A stretch of 64,000 bases of DNA from NCBI GenBank assembly GCA_963664705.1, contig OY761556.1, forward strand, positions 416,001-480,000. The letters run 5' to 3'. Positions within the stretch are counted from its first letter, which is position 1, and every line of letters begins with the position of its first letter. A program made the position numbers and the translations under genes. Below are positions 40,801 through 49,249 of the stretch, piece after piece. This DNA comes from Acidobacteriota bacterium (GTDB lineage: Bacteria > Acidobacteriota > UBA6911). The notes beneath the pieces are model-generated. The model was given only the letters and a program-made list of their open reading frames with translations, was not told where the DNA came from and searched no databases.

Positions 40801-41184
40801 TTTTTTTATGCGGCCTGTTTCCGGATCCTTGCGCAGGATGACGATCTTGGCATCCTGCCCGCCGATTTCGACAAAGGACGCAGCTTCCGGACATCGACGC
40901 TCTACCATGAGCGCCGCCGCCAGAACCTCCTGAACGAATTTGGCGCCAATCAGATCGGCAAACATGGGTCCGCCTGCACCGGTCATGAATGCCCGACAGT
41001 TGCCTGGGGTGATCCCTGCTTCGGATTCCATGCGTTCGAGGAAATCCAGTAGTGTTTCCAGCTGGCGTGTGTCATGCCGGCGGTAGTCCTTCCAGACCAC
41101 TGCCTCGGTTTCGGTGTTAATCACGACTGCTTTGACAGTTGTAGAGCCTACATCGATGCCGGCACGATATTTCGATACAGACAC
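37879..41184 (-). CDS. PlsA/Ger-like protein: two BadF/BadG/BcrA/BcrD (HgdC-type) ATPase activator domains plus a DUF2229-type reductase domain
   Basis: GIDVGSTT and GIDGGSTS; CAGGTG/CGVF and CSAGNG/CAVF; CRFCKNHC; IGIPR, DPCYPSK and FKCGHD. Confidence 0.8.
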   Translation of the reverse strand: MSVSKYRAGIDVGSTTVKAVVINTETEAVVWKDYRRHDTRQLETLLDFLERMESEAGITPGNCRAFMTGAGGPMFADLIGAKFVQEVLAAALMVERRCPEAASFVEIGGQDAKIVILRKDPETGRIKKVPSMNDKCAGGTGAVIDKISMKVGIPLKDLGKLHYSGIRVHPVAGKCGVFAETDINGLQKSGIPANELMASLFEAFVLQNLKVLARGHTLLPHVLLLGGPNAFIPGMREAWQHNVTLMWQERGIEIPAGMTAEQVIRAPQDAEYFGALGAAEFGKEEEPEVGQYLGLTQLRGLHSGRTEGKSKSGLGTRALAESEEEVQEFLKKYAPPPFTPPKFNPGDVARGFIGIDGGSTSTKAVLLSLEGEVLARAYQLSKGNPIADTVEILEKLRGQVESQGASIEVLGAATTGYAKDTLRDVICADVALVETVAHTKSALHYYGAPDAIVDVGGQDIKLIILKDGRVKDFKLNTQCSAGNGYFLQAIAENFGYKVEQFANVAFTARQMPVFPYGCAVFLQADIASFQGQGWKPNEILAGLAAVLPKNVWLYIAKIPNLPELGKRFILQGGTQNNLAAVKAEVDFILQRFEKSGVTPEIIVHKHAGEAGAIGAAFEAMTLWEQGRKTSFIGLNGVRNIKYKTTVGEETRCRFCKNHCLRTFIDIEAPDGTADAENGTRRLIVATCEKGTVEDLGAMKAIQATLDAARESNPNLLEYAGREIWRFHAPENGHPGKSLTQKAAALRDKIRIGIPRVLGMYAYAPLFQVYFETLGIPSGNMVYSDFTTEEMFRVGSKRGAIDPCYPSKLGLAHVHNLLFEKHRRQKLDCIFFPMFDVLRSPLKIRASNACPTTALTPEVVRAAFTKESDLFAENGVAYLNPLLDMSKPDLLARQLFAVWQPLLDLSKEENLAAVHAGYEALNRYEADVRKKAREIIDNLEKEGNVGIVLLGRPYHHDPGINLGIPDELQKRGYPVFSQATLPLDSDILERLFGEEVREGIIESPLDVSDVWKHTFSANSANKLWAAKFTARHPNLIAVELSNFKCGHDAPIYSTIEKIIETSGTPYFAFKDIDENRPTGSIRLRVETIDYFLKLYGKQLKKE

Positions 41185-41201
41185 TGCGTTCTCCTAATAG
41201 A

Positions 41202-41271
41202 ATTTCAGATTCCAGATTTCAGATTCCAGATTGATATATGAAATCTGGAATCTGAAATCTGAAATTTGAAA
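41202..41271. repeat. Inverted heptamer-repeat hairpin, (ATTTCAG/ATTCCAG)n ... (AATCTGA/AATCTGG)n
   Basis: Seen directly between two co-oriented genes; a partial copy lies at 42992-43015. Confidence 0.85.
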
Positions 41272-41275
41272 CTAG

Positions 41276-42925
41276 TTATGCTGAGCGTCCAGCCATCAGG
41301 TCATGGACATGGAGGACGAAATTCGCTGCGACTCCGGTAATTCCAGGGCGGTGGGGGACCTTGTATAGCGGCCGGCGTAATTCGGGATGCCGGTCGACGA
41401 AGGCGCGAATATCTTCGATCTTCCTGCCGGTGCTTGCGAGCGCTTCCTGAAACTCGGCTTTTGCCTTCACTTTTGCCTCGCCCAGCGCCATCTGAACTCT
41501 GCTGTGCGCATTGATTTCGCCTTCGCCCGAGGTTTCAACGGGAAGGTAAATCATGTCCTTAAATCTGCTGGTGACGGCGGATTGAATGCCATCCGATTGC
41601 GAAGAGGGAAGGCATCCAAACGGCTTCAGGCTCAGCACCATGTGACAGAGTTTGTTTTTGTGATAGTAAATGTTCTTGCCCACTTCGAGATATCCCTCTC
41701 CGCCGCGAGCCAGAGGCTGGTAAAAGGGATTGGCCAAATAGGCGAGCTGCTTTTGTGGAACGAGTGTATGGGCGGTATCCCCCAGGGCTTTGATGATTTG
41801 ATGGTATTGCCCCGTGTATAGCCGCTCTCCTAAAGTCAGCAGCGCCCGCTTTTTCTGGAATCCTGCCTCGTTGGCCAGTTTCTCGCGGAAGGTCTTCGGT
41901 TCGCGGCATTGAGAATCCATGCCGCGCTTGGGATACATCTGCATTTTGGCGTGGGCCAGGAGGAACGAAATCCATGTCCCGATGGCTTCCGTCTGGACTT
42001 GCGCCCCTTCCTTTTCCAGAAAATCGAACATCTGGTAATTTCCGCCGCCTTCGGTTGTCTGGGCCCAGAACTCGCCGATTATCTTCACAACCGGCCTGAG
42101 GCGCAGCCGATCAACGGCAATACCGTCAATGCGCTTGCGGCAGCGTTCCATGACTTCCGAGAACTCCGGTCCGCGCATATGCTGGTGCATTTTGTAAATG
42201 AAGTGGATAAGTCCGCGAATCATATTTCTGTTCGCGAGGCGTTTCATGACCCACTTCGGAAGGTCTTTGGATTTATACGTGCGCAGATGGTCGCATAAAT
42301 CCTGGACGCAGAGATTCATGACGCGCGTGGTTTCGCCGGGATTAACCTCGTACGCCCTGATGTTGTAGGTCAAATCATTCAGCGTGTCTCCCAGATACAG
42401 GACCTTCAACATGCCAAGGCCGAAATCGATCGAATAGCGAAGTCCGGGAGCCTGGTCCTTTTGGAAAATCCCATCATCCTGCTGAAATCGCAGGACCCGA
42501 AACCCGTCAAATCCGGCATTCTGCAACGCAAGTCTGTATTCGGCGGCATACATGCCGAAGCGGCACGGACCGCAGGAGCCTGCTGTAAAGTACAGATAGT
42601 TGTCGACAATGTCCTGGCGCGAAATGCCATCCGCTTCAAGCCGTCGGAGGTACTGGATCAGGGCGCCGGAGGTGAAATATGCCGGGCTGCATTGGCCGTT
42701 GTTGCCGAATTCCTTGCCGAGATTAAAGGATTCCTGATCGGGAACAGGCAGGAGTTCGCACTTATGTCCGCTGCCCTGAAAAACGGCGCGGATGAATTCC
42801 TCATGCTTTCGTGTCAGACCCCCGACCAGAATAGTGACTTTATCCCGCTCCTCCACCTTAAACGGTCTTTCGAGGGGACGCCTGTACTGCGGTATTCGCT
42901 TATTTATTGAAAGTGCCGGCTCCAT
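41276..42925 (-). CDS. PlsR-like / 2-hydroxyacyl-CoA dehydratase-family partner subunit
   Basis: NGQCSPAY, GSCGPCRFGMY, IIGEFW, GGEG, KPFGCLP and ETSGEG motifs. Confidence 0.8.
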   Translation of the reverse strand: MEPALSINKRIPQYRRPLERPFKVEERDKVTILVGGLTRKHEEFIRAVFQGSGHKCELLPVPDQESFNLGKEFGNNGQCSPAYFTSGALIQYLRRLEADGISRQDIVDNYLYFTAGSCGPCRFGMYAAEYRLALQNAGFDGFRVLRFQQDDGIFQKDQAPGLRYSIDFGLGMLKVLYLGDTLNDLTYNIRAYEVNPGETTRVMNLCVQDLCDHLRTYKSKDLPKWVMKRLANRNMIRGLIHFIYKMHQHMRGPEFSEVMERCRKRIDGIAVDRLRLRPVVKIIGEFWAQTTEGGGNYQMFDFLEKEGAQVQTEAIGTWISFLLAHAKMQMYPKRGMDSQCREPKTFREKLANEAGFQKKRALLTLGERLYTGQYHQIIKALGDTAHTLVPQKQLAYLANPFYQPLARGGEGYLEVGKNIYYHKNKLCHMVLSLKPFGCLPSSQSDGIQSAVTSRFKDMIYLPVETSGEGEINAHSRVQMALGEAKVKAKAEFQEALASTGRKIEDIRAFVDRHPELRRPLYKVPHRPGITGVAANFVLHVHDLMAGRSA

Positions 42926-43133
42926 CAGATCTTCCTGTTCGAAAAAACAGGATATCTTATAACATCCCGTAAGCCATCTCTGAAGGAATTTTTGATTTCA
43001 GATTTCAAATTTCAGTCCGGTTTATTAATCCTGTGCTAAGGTTTGTCTTTGTTATTTACCCGGGTTGAGTCCATAAAAGGCGTAGTGGCAGCCGTAATAT
43101 GAGGAGTGCCTGGTCAAGGGTATTGAATTCCAT

Positions 43134-44399
43134 ATGTCCGATTCCATCATGACTACAGGTAAAGAGCATGATCCCTATGCCGCGCTGCGCTTGCGGGATT
43201 TCCGGCTTCTCCTGATTGGAAGGTTTATCACAAGTTTCGGGAGCGAAATGCTCACCTTCGCCATAGCCTGGGAGCTATGGATCCGGACGCATAGTGCCTT
43301 TTCACTTGGAATGGTAGGGTTGGTTCAGGTTCTTCCTATCCTGGTGTTCTCTTTGCCCGCGGGGCATGTGGCGGACCAGTTCAACCGGCGTCGCATTGTA
43401 ATGATGACGCGGGGTGCATATATGATCTGCGCGCTTGGGCTGGCATGGCTTTCCCATACTCAAGGCGCTATTCCCCTCATCTATCTATGTCTCATGGGGA
43501 TTGGGATCTGCCGGGCATTCAATGAGCCAGCGGCGTCCACGCTGATCCCGGAGACTGTGCCGCCGGAAGTTTTCACAAGCGCAGCCACGTGGATGAGCAG
43601 TACCTGGCAGCTTGCACTCATTGCAGGGCCTGCAGCGGCCGGTATTATTGTGGCGCTTATCGCGAAAGTGACAGTCATTTACATAGCGGATGCGTGTGCC
43701 TCTTTGGTGTTTCTGATCCTGCTGGGCATGATCAGGGGGCGTACCCTGGCGCTTTCCAGCCGATCGACCACCTGGGCTTCGCTGGCTGAAGGACTTCGAT
43801 TCATCCGTGATACCAAGGTCCTTTTTGCCGCCATTACGCTGGATATGTTTGCGGTGCTGTTTGGCGGAGCCGTGGCGCTGCTTCCGATTTATGCCACCGA
43901 TATTCTCAAGGTGGGGCCGCAGGGACTGGGTATTATGCGGGCGGCGCCTTCGGTAGGAGCGATCCTGATGGCCTTTGCGCTTGCCCACTTGCCGCCCTTT
44001 AAAAAGGCCGGAACAACCCTTCTGGTGGCGGTGGCAGGTTTTGGCGCCGCAACGATTGTTTTTGGTGTATCGAAGGTATTTTGGCTTTCTGTTCTAATGT
44101 TGGTTCTGCTTGGCGGGCTCGACAATATCAGCGTGATTATCCGCAGCACGCTCCTGCTGCTCCGCACGCCGGATGCCATGCGCGGGCGTGCATCCGCGGT
44201 CAATGGGATGTTCATCAGCGCTTCCAATGAACTGGGCGGTTTTGAATCCGGTTTAGCCGCATCTCTTCTGGGGCCCGTCGTGGCTGTGGTCGGAGGCGGC
44301 ATCTGCACGATCTTCGTCGCTGCGGCCATCGCGAAAATTTGGCCGGAAATGATTCAGTTGAGAACACTTACCGCAATTGAAAATGACTCTGCAACATAA
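43134..44399 (+). CDS. MFS transporter (EntS/DHA3-like)
   Basis: About 12 TMs; GHVADQFNRR, LDMFAVLFGG, TPDAMRGR and SNELGGFESG motifs. Confidence 0.9.
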   Translation: MSDSIMTTGKEHDPYAALRLRDFRLLLIGRFITSFGSEMLTFAIAWELWIRTHSAFSLGMVGLVQVLPILVFSLPAGHVADQFNRRRIVMMTRGAYMICALGLAWLSHTQGAIPLIYLCLMGIGICRAFNEPAASTLIPETVPPEVFTSAATWMSSTWQLALIAGPAAAGIIVALIAKVTVIYIADACASLVFLILLGMIRGRTLALSSRSTTWASLAEGLRFIRDTKVLFAAITLDMFAVLFGGAVALLPIYATDILKVGPQGLGIMRAAPSVGAILMAFALAHLPPFKKAGTTLLVAVAGFGAATIVFGVSKVFWLSVLMLVLLGGLDNISVIIRSTLLLLRTPDAMRGRASAVNGMFISASNELGGFESGLAASLLGPVVAVVGGGICTIFVAAAIAKIWPEMIQLRTLTAIENDSAT

Positions 44400-44737
44400 G
44401 GTCCGCCGCTTTGCTTGCGCTGACAACCTTCTTCATTTGGTTAGAGCGTACTAGTACGTAAGTACTTTTGCCCAGCGAGAAATAGGTAATCTCGCGAATT
44501 GTTCGCCTCCCCCTGCTTTCTATATAAACATGCTCGAATACAAGAGCTGATATGGAACGATTCGGAGCTGTCTCATTCAATGATCTCCACCGCGACGGAA
44601 TCACTGTCTGGTTCCTGATCCCATAAGTATTCCTCCGCTCCCTTTCCCGGGATCGGAGTCGGCACGTGGCTTCTCTAAGAAAAAGTATTTCAAGCAGTTA
44701 GCAGGTACACGCTTTACACGTTGAGGGAGGAACCTAC

Positions 44738-47700
44738 ATGACGAGGCGCAAAAGAAGGGTCCCGATGCTTCTTGCATTGGCGGCAATGACGGCGCTGGCT
44801 TGGGGGACAGTCCAAAGCTGGTCGCAATCGTCTGGAAACTCAAATAAGAAACTAAAGTATATAAATTTGAAACCAACAACGGCCGAAAAAAAGGCGGCGG
44901 CAGGACGTGCCGCAGCCCTCGGCCTTAAACCCGGAGTAGCCGGTCTGGCCACTCCGCTGGCGGCTGCGGCTCCTCTTCCCCCTCTCAATGGGGTAAATCA
45001 GGGGCCAGGCGGCGTACCGCATTATTTCGGTCCTTACGGCAACTGGGCCTATAGCCCCCTGCCCGTAGGAAATTTGAACGCTGCATTAACGGTGGATGCT
45101 CCCGGAATCGGATATACGGCTCCGGTGATCACCATCACGGATGCTTACGATAGCACCAAGAGCGATACTGCCAGTGCAACCCTGGATGCAACGGGTGCAA
45201 TCACTGCCATCGCGCTCGCATCCGCCGGCACCGGATACACTGCTCCTGTGGTGACCATCACGGATGCAACCGGAACGGGTGCCGCCGCCACGGCGACGCT
45301 GAATGTTGCCACGCTCTCTGGCGGCATGCGCAAATTCGTTGATAGTTTGCCGCAGCTCGGCCTGGCCAACAACCTCGGTCAATATATTCCCCTCGGCGTT
45401 AAGGATATTGCCAAATATCCGGGATCCGACTATTACGAAATAGCCGTGGTGGAGTATAACGAACAAATGCACTCAGACCTCCCGGCCTCCGGTACAAAAA
45501 TGAGAGGCTATGTGCAGATTGAGCCTCCGGGATCTACGACAACTCCCGCGGGGAGCAAACATGTTCTATTGACTGGCGTCACCTACAACGGGCAGCAGGT
45601 ATATGGCTATGACAAGCCGCATTTCCTGGGACCTGTTATCGTTGCCCAAGGCGCAGCTCATGGCGTAGCAAGTCCGGCTGGTAGTCCTGTGCCGGTTCGC
45701 ATCAAATTTTACAATCTGCTTCCAACCGGTGCTGCAGGGAACCTCTTCCTGCCTGTGGATGAAACTATCGCAGGCGCAGGCGTAGGGCCGGCTCTGCCCG
45801 GTACGGCAGGCAGCAAATACACGCAGAACCGCGCTACCATTCATAACCACGGCAACAACACCGTGTGGATTAGCGACGGCAATACTCACCAGTGGATCAC
45901 ACCTGCAACTGAAATCACCCCTTATCCCAAGGGCGTCAGCGCCTATAGCGTCCCGGATATGAAGGATACCGCAGGCAACGTGATCTGCTCCGCTGCAAAT
46001 AGCGGATGCCAGACTTTCTTCTATACCAATGCGCAGAGTGCCAGGCTGATGTTCTATCATGACCATGCCATGGGCATTACGCGCCTCAACGTGATCGCCG
46101 GCGAAGCGGCGGGTTATGTCATCACCGATGCAGTCGAATCGGATCTGATCAATGGTACCAATGTGTCCGGGATTAACGGCGTGGACGCTACCGGCGCTCC
46201 CATTCCGGGTACCTACAAGAAGGTTCTTCCCGATATAGGTATTCCCCTGGTCATTCAAGACAGGACTTTCGTGGATGCCAACACCATCTTTGCTCAGGAT
46301 CCTACCTGGAACTGGGGCACGGGACCGAAAAATGCAGCCGGAAATATAACCGGAGCTGTAACGGGAGACCTCTGGTATCCCCATGTCTACATGTCCGCCG
46401 AAAATCCATGGGATCTCACGGGCACAAATCCCTTCGGCCGCTGGATGTATGGCCCCTGGTTCAATCCTCCGGTGCCCACGTGCGTGAATGGTGGTCCGGT
46501 GGGTTGTATTGACGTCGGCCCCATCCCGAACGAATATCACCAGGCAGACTGCGACCTGGTACCGCCGGGACCCGGCTGTACTGCTCCCTGGGAGCCGCCA
46601 ATGAGACCGGGCGTACCAAATCCGTCCATTGCCGGTGAAGGCTTCCTGGATACTCCCATTGTTAACGGCACAGCCTATCCGTACCTTGTGGTTGAGCCGA
46701 AGGCTTATCGGTTCCGCGTCCTGAATGCGGCTAACGACCGGATGTTCAACCTGCAGCTCTATGTGGCCGCAGATAAAACCGGTCCATCGACGGTAGCTGG
46801 AGCAGTTGACCCTGTAACCAAGCTTCCGGTGGTGCCAACACTTTGCACAGGCAGTGCAACCACTGCCGCCAATTGCACCGAGGTCGCCATGCGCCTTATG
46901 ACGCAGAGCGACCTGAATCAGGTGGCGAATACGCCGAGTGGGCTTCCTATCGAAGCGAACAAGGGACCCGACTGGATTCAGATCGGAACTGAAGGCGGAT
47001 TCCTGCCGGCGCCGGTTGTCGTGCCACAGCAGCCTGTTGGCTGGAACATGGACGCGACGGTATTTAACGTCGGCAATGTCAACCAGCACTCGCTCCTCTT
47101 GGGTTCGGCCGAGCGTGCGGATGTAGTGGTGGACTTCACTGCATTTGCCGGCAAAACCCTCATTCTTTACAATGATGCTCCCGCGGCATTCCCTGCTGGT
47201 GTTGCTACCTATGACTATTTCACGGGCGTAGCAAACCAGATGGATGTCGGCGGTGCGCCAACCACGCAGCCCGGGTATGGTCCCAACACCCGTACCATTA
47301 TGCAGATCCGCGTGGGAACGACGGTATCCACGCCGACGACTGACGTCACGCTTGCAAACTTGCAGGCGGCGTTTGCCAAGACAGCTACTAAGCGTGGAGT
47401 CTTTGAAGTATCCCAGGATCCGGTCGTTGTGCCGCAGACTGTTTACAATTCGGCATACAACGCCACGTTCCCGACGAATGTACCGGAGCAATTCGGACAG
47501 ATCGCCGATACTTCGAAAACCTTCAAGCCTATCGACCCGGCAACGGGGCAGCAGGTGACGACTCCCGTCACATTGCCTTTTGAAATGAAGGCGATGCACG
47601 ACGAGATGAGCGGCGTATATGACACGATGTTCGGCCGTATGAGCGGGATGCTTGGAGACAGTCTCCCGACTTCGCCGGTGCATGTGCTGCTTCCCTACCC

Positions 47701-49180
47701 CTACTCGGCACCGCCGACTGACCTGGTGCAGGGTTCCGTCCCCGGAACTCCAGTCGCGGTACTGCCCGACGGTACGCAGATCTGGAGAATCTTCCACAAT
47801 GGCGTGGATACCCACACCATCCATACGCACCTGTTCCACTCCCAGCTCCTTAACCGTGTCAGCCAGGACGGATTGGTAATGATGCCTCCTGATCCGGAAG
47901 AACGGGGCTGGAAGGATACCTTCAGGATTAACCCCCTGGAGATCACCTACCTTGCGATGAGACCGACCATTCCCACTTCCGCGGAGCTTCCGTTCGAGGT
48001 TCCAGACAGCATTCGTTTGATCGACCCGACGCTGCCCGAGGGGGCGACGCTTCCTCCACCCGCGCCGGCGGGATGGTTCGATCCTACTGGTGTCGGGATC
48101 ACCGAGATCCTTAACCATAAGGTCAACTTCGGTTGGGAATATGTGTGGCACTGCCACATTCTTGCCCACGAAGAGATGGACATGATGCACTCCCTGGTGT
48201 TTGCGGTTCCGCCTCTGGCGCCGACCAATCTTAGCGCCGCGCCGGCGGGGACTACCAACAACCCGAGAGTCAATCTGAGCTGGACGGACAATTCGATCAA
48301 AGAGCTGAAGTACGTCCTGGTAAGGGCGACTGATGCTAATTTCTCGACGGGATTGACCACCATCGATCCCAAGTTGACCACGACTCTCACCAAAGGTACT
48401 GTGAACTATCAAGACACGACCGTCGTGAAAAACACAAAGTACTGGTACAAGGTGGCAGCGTTGGGCAACACAGTCGGCGACACGCAGGCTTATCCTGCCC
48501 CGTCGGTTGGCTTCCCGACGATGGCTGCCGACTCCATTTCCAACGTAGCTTCGGTGCAGCTCGGAGCGGCGCAGGGAACACCAACGGCGCCCACAGGCCT
48601 GACCGCGGCTCTGCAATCCGGGCCACAGGTGAGTTTGACCTGGAAGGATAACGCAACAAACGAGACCGGCTTTGCGATCATGCGTTGCACGGGAGCAGGT
48701 TGTACCGTATTCGCTCAGATTGCAACGGCGGGACCGAAGAGCAACACGGGCAATGTAACCTTTGTTGACACAACGGTGCAGTTTGGAAACAGTTACTCCT
48801 ACCAGGTGGTAGCAGTCAATGGGACGGGGTCTTCGGCTCCTTCCAACACCGTTACCGTGGTGATTCCGGCAATCCCGGCGGCTCCTACCAGTTTCACGAT
48901 AGTGGTGACACCGGCCAATGGCAACAAAGATACGGCAGCTCTGAGTTGGGGACCGGCTACCTGGCCTAATCCACAACCTACCAGCTTCACGATCGAGCGT
49001 GCCAACAACCTCACCTTCACAACCGGCCTGACTACCTTCACGGTTGCCGGCACGGCGAGAACTCTGTCGCAGAGTGTGAGCAAAAACACTGTCTACTATT
49101 ATCGCATCAAGGCGAACAATCAGTATGGCGGTTCATCCAATACGGTGAACGCGCTGCCGTTCCCTGTACTCACTCCGTAA
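44738..49180 (+). CDS. Large secreted multicopper oxidase with C-terminal fibronectin-III repeats (OmpB/MofA-like)
   Basis: Signal peptide; all four Cu motifs (HNHG, FYHDH, HTIHTH, HCHILAHEEMDM); three FN3-like repeats (APTNLSA..LSWTDN; APTGLTA..LTWKDN; APTSFT..LSW). Confidence 0.88.
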   Translation: MTRRKRRVPMLLALAAMTALAWGTVQSWSQSSGNSNKKLKYINLKPTTAEKKAAAGRAAALGLKPGVAGLATPLAAAAPLPPLNGVNQGPGGVPHYFGPYGNWAYSPLPVGNLNAALTVDAPGIGYTAPVITITDAYDSTKSDTASATLDATGAITAIALASAGTGYTAPVVTITDATGTGAAATATLNVATLSGGMRKFVDSLPQLGLANNLGQYIPLGVKDIAKYPGSDYYEIAVVEYNEQMHSDLPASGTKMRGYVQIEPPGSTTTPAGSKHVLLTGVTYNGQQVYGYDKPHFLGPVIVAQGAAHGVASPAGSPVPVRIKFYNLLPTGAAGNLFLPVDETIAGAGVGPALPGTAGSKYTQNRATIHNHGNNTVWISDGNTHQWITPATEITPYPKGVSAYSVPDMKDTAGNVICSAANSGCQTFFYTNAQSARLMFYHDHAMGITRLNVIAGEAAGYVITDAVESDLINGTNVSGINGVDATGAPIPGTYKKVLPDIGIPLVIQDRTFVDANTIFAQDPTWNWGTGPKNAAGNITGAVTGDLWYPHVYMSAENPWDLTGTNPFGRWMYGPWFNPPVPTCVNGGPVGCIDVGPIPNEYHQADCDLVPPGPGCTAPWEPPMRPGVPNPSIAGEGFLDTPIVNGTAYPYLVVEPKAYRFRVLNAANDRMFNLQLYVAADKTGPSTVAGAVDPVTKLPVVPTLCTGSATTAANCTEVAMRLMTQSDLNQVANTPSGLPIEANKGPDWIQIGTEGGFLPAPVVVPQQPVGWNMDATVFNVGNVNQHSLLLGSAERADVVVDFTAFAGKTLILYNDAPAAFPAGVATYDYFTGVANQMDVGGAPTTQPGYGPNTRTIMQIRVGTTVSTPTTDVTLANLQAAFAKTATKRGVFEVSQDPVVVPQTVYNSAYNATFPTNVPEQFGQIADTSKTFKPIDPATGQQVTTPVTLPFEMKAMHDEMSGVYDTMFGRMSGMLGDSLPTSPVHVLLPYPYSAPPTDLVQGSVPGTPVAVLPDGTQIWRIFHNGVDTHTIHTHLFHSQLLNRVSQDGLVMMPPDPEERGWKDTFRINPLEITYLAMRPTIPTSAELPFEVPDSIRLIDPTLPEGATLPPPAPAGWFDPTGVGITEILNHKVNFGWEYVWHCHILAHEEMDMMHSLVFAVPPLAPTNLSAAPAGTTNNPRVNLSWTDNSIKELKYVLVRATDANFSTGLTTIDPKLTTTLTKGTVNYQDTTVVKNTKYWYKVAALGNTVGDTQAYPAPSVGFPTMAADSISNVASVQLGAAQGTPTAPTGLTAALQSGPQVSLTWKDNATNETGFAIMRCTGAGCTVFAQIATAGPKSNTGNVTFVDTTVQFGNSYSYQVVAVNGTGSSAPSNTVTVVIPAIPAAPTSFTIVVTPANGNKDTAALSWGPATWPNPQPTSFTIERANNLTFTTGLTTFTVAGTARTLSQSVSKNTVYYYRIKANNQYGGSSNTVNALPFPVLTP

Positions 49181-49249
49181 GAAAGCTGTTTCCCGTTGGG
49201 GAGGGAGAAATCCCTCCCCTTCACCTCACTTCCTTTATCGAGAGGAAAT

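Noticed and set aside
44659-44676. Sigma54 promoter for the MCO (GGCACG-N4-TTCT)
   Set aside because: The -12 GC dinucleotide is absent, so the match is too weak.
45566-48976. 1136-aa antisense ORF
   Set aside because: It lies wholly opposite the multicopper oxidase and has no recognisable motifs, so it is a shadow ORF from codon bias.
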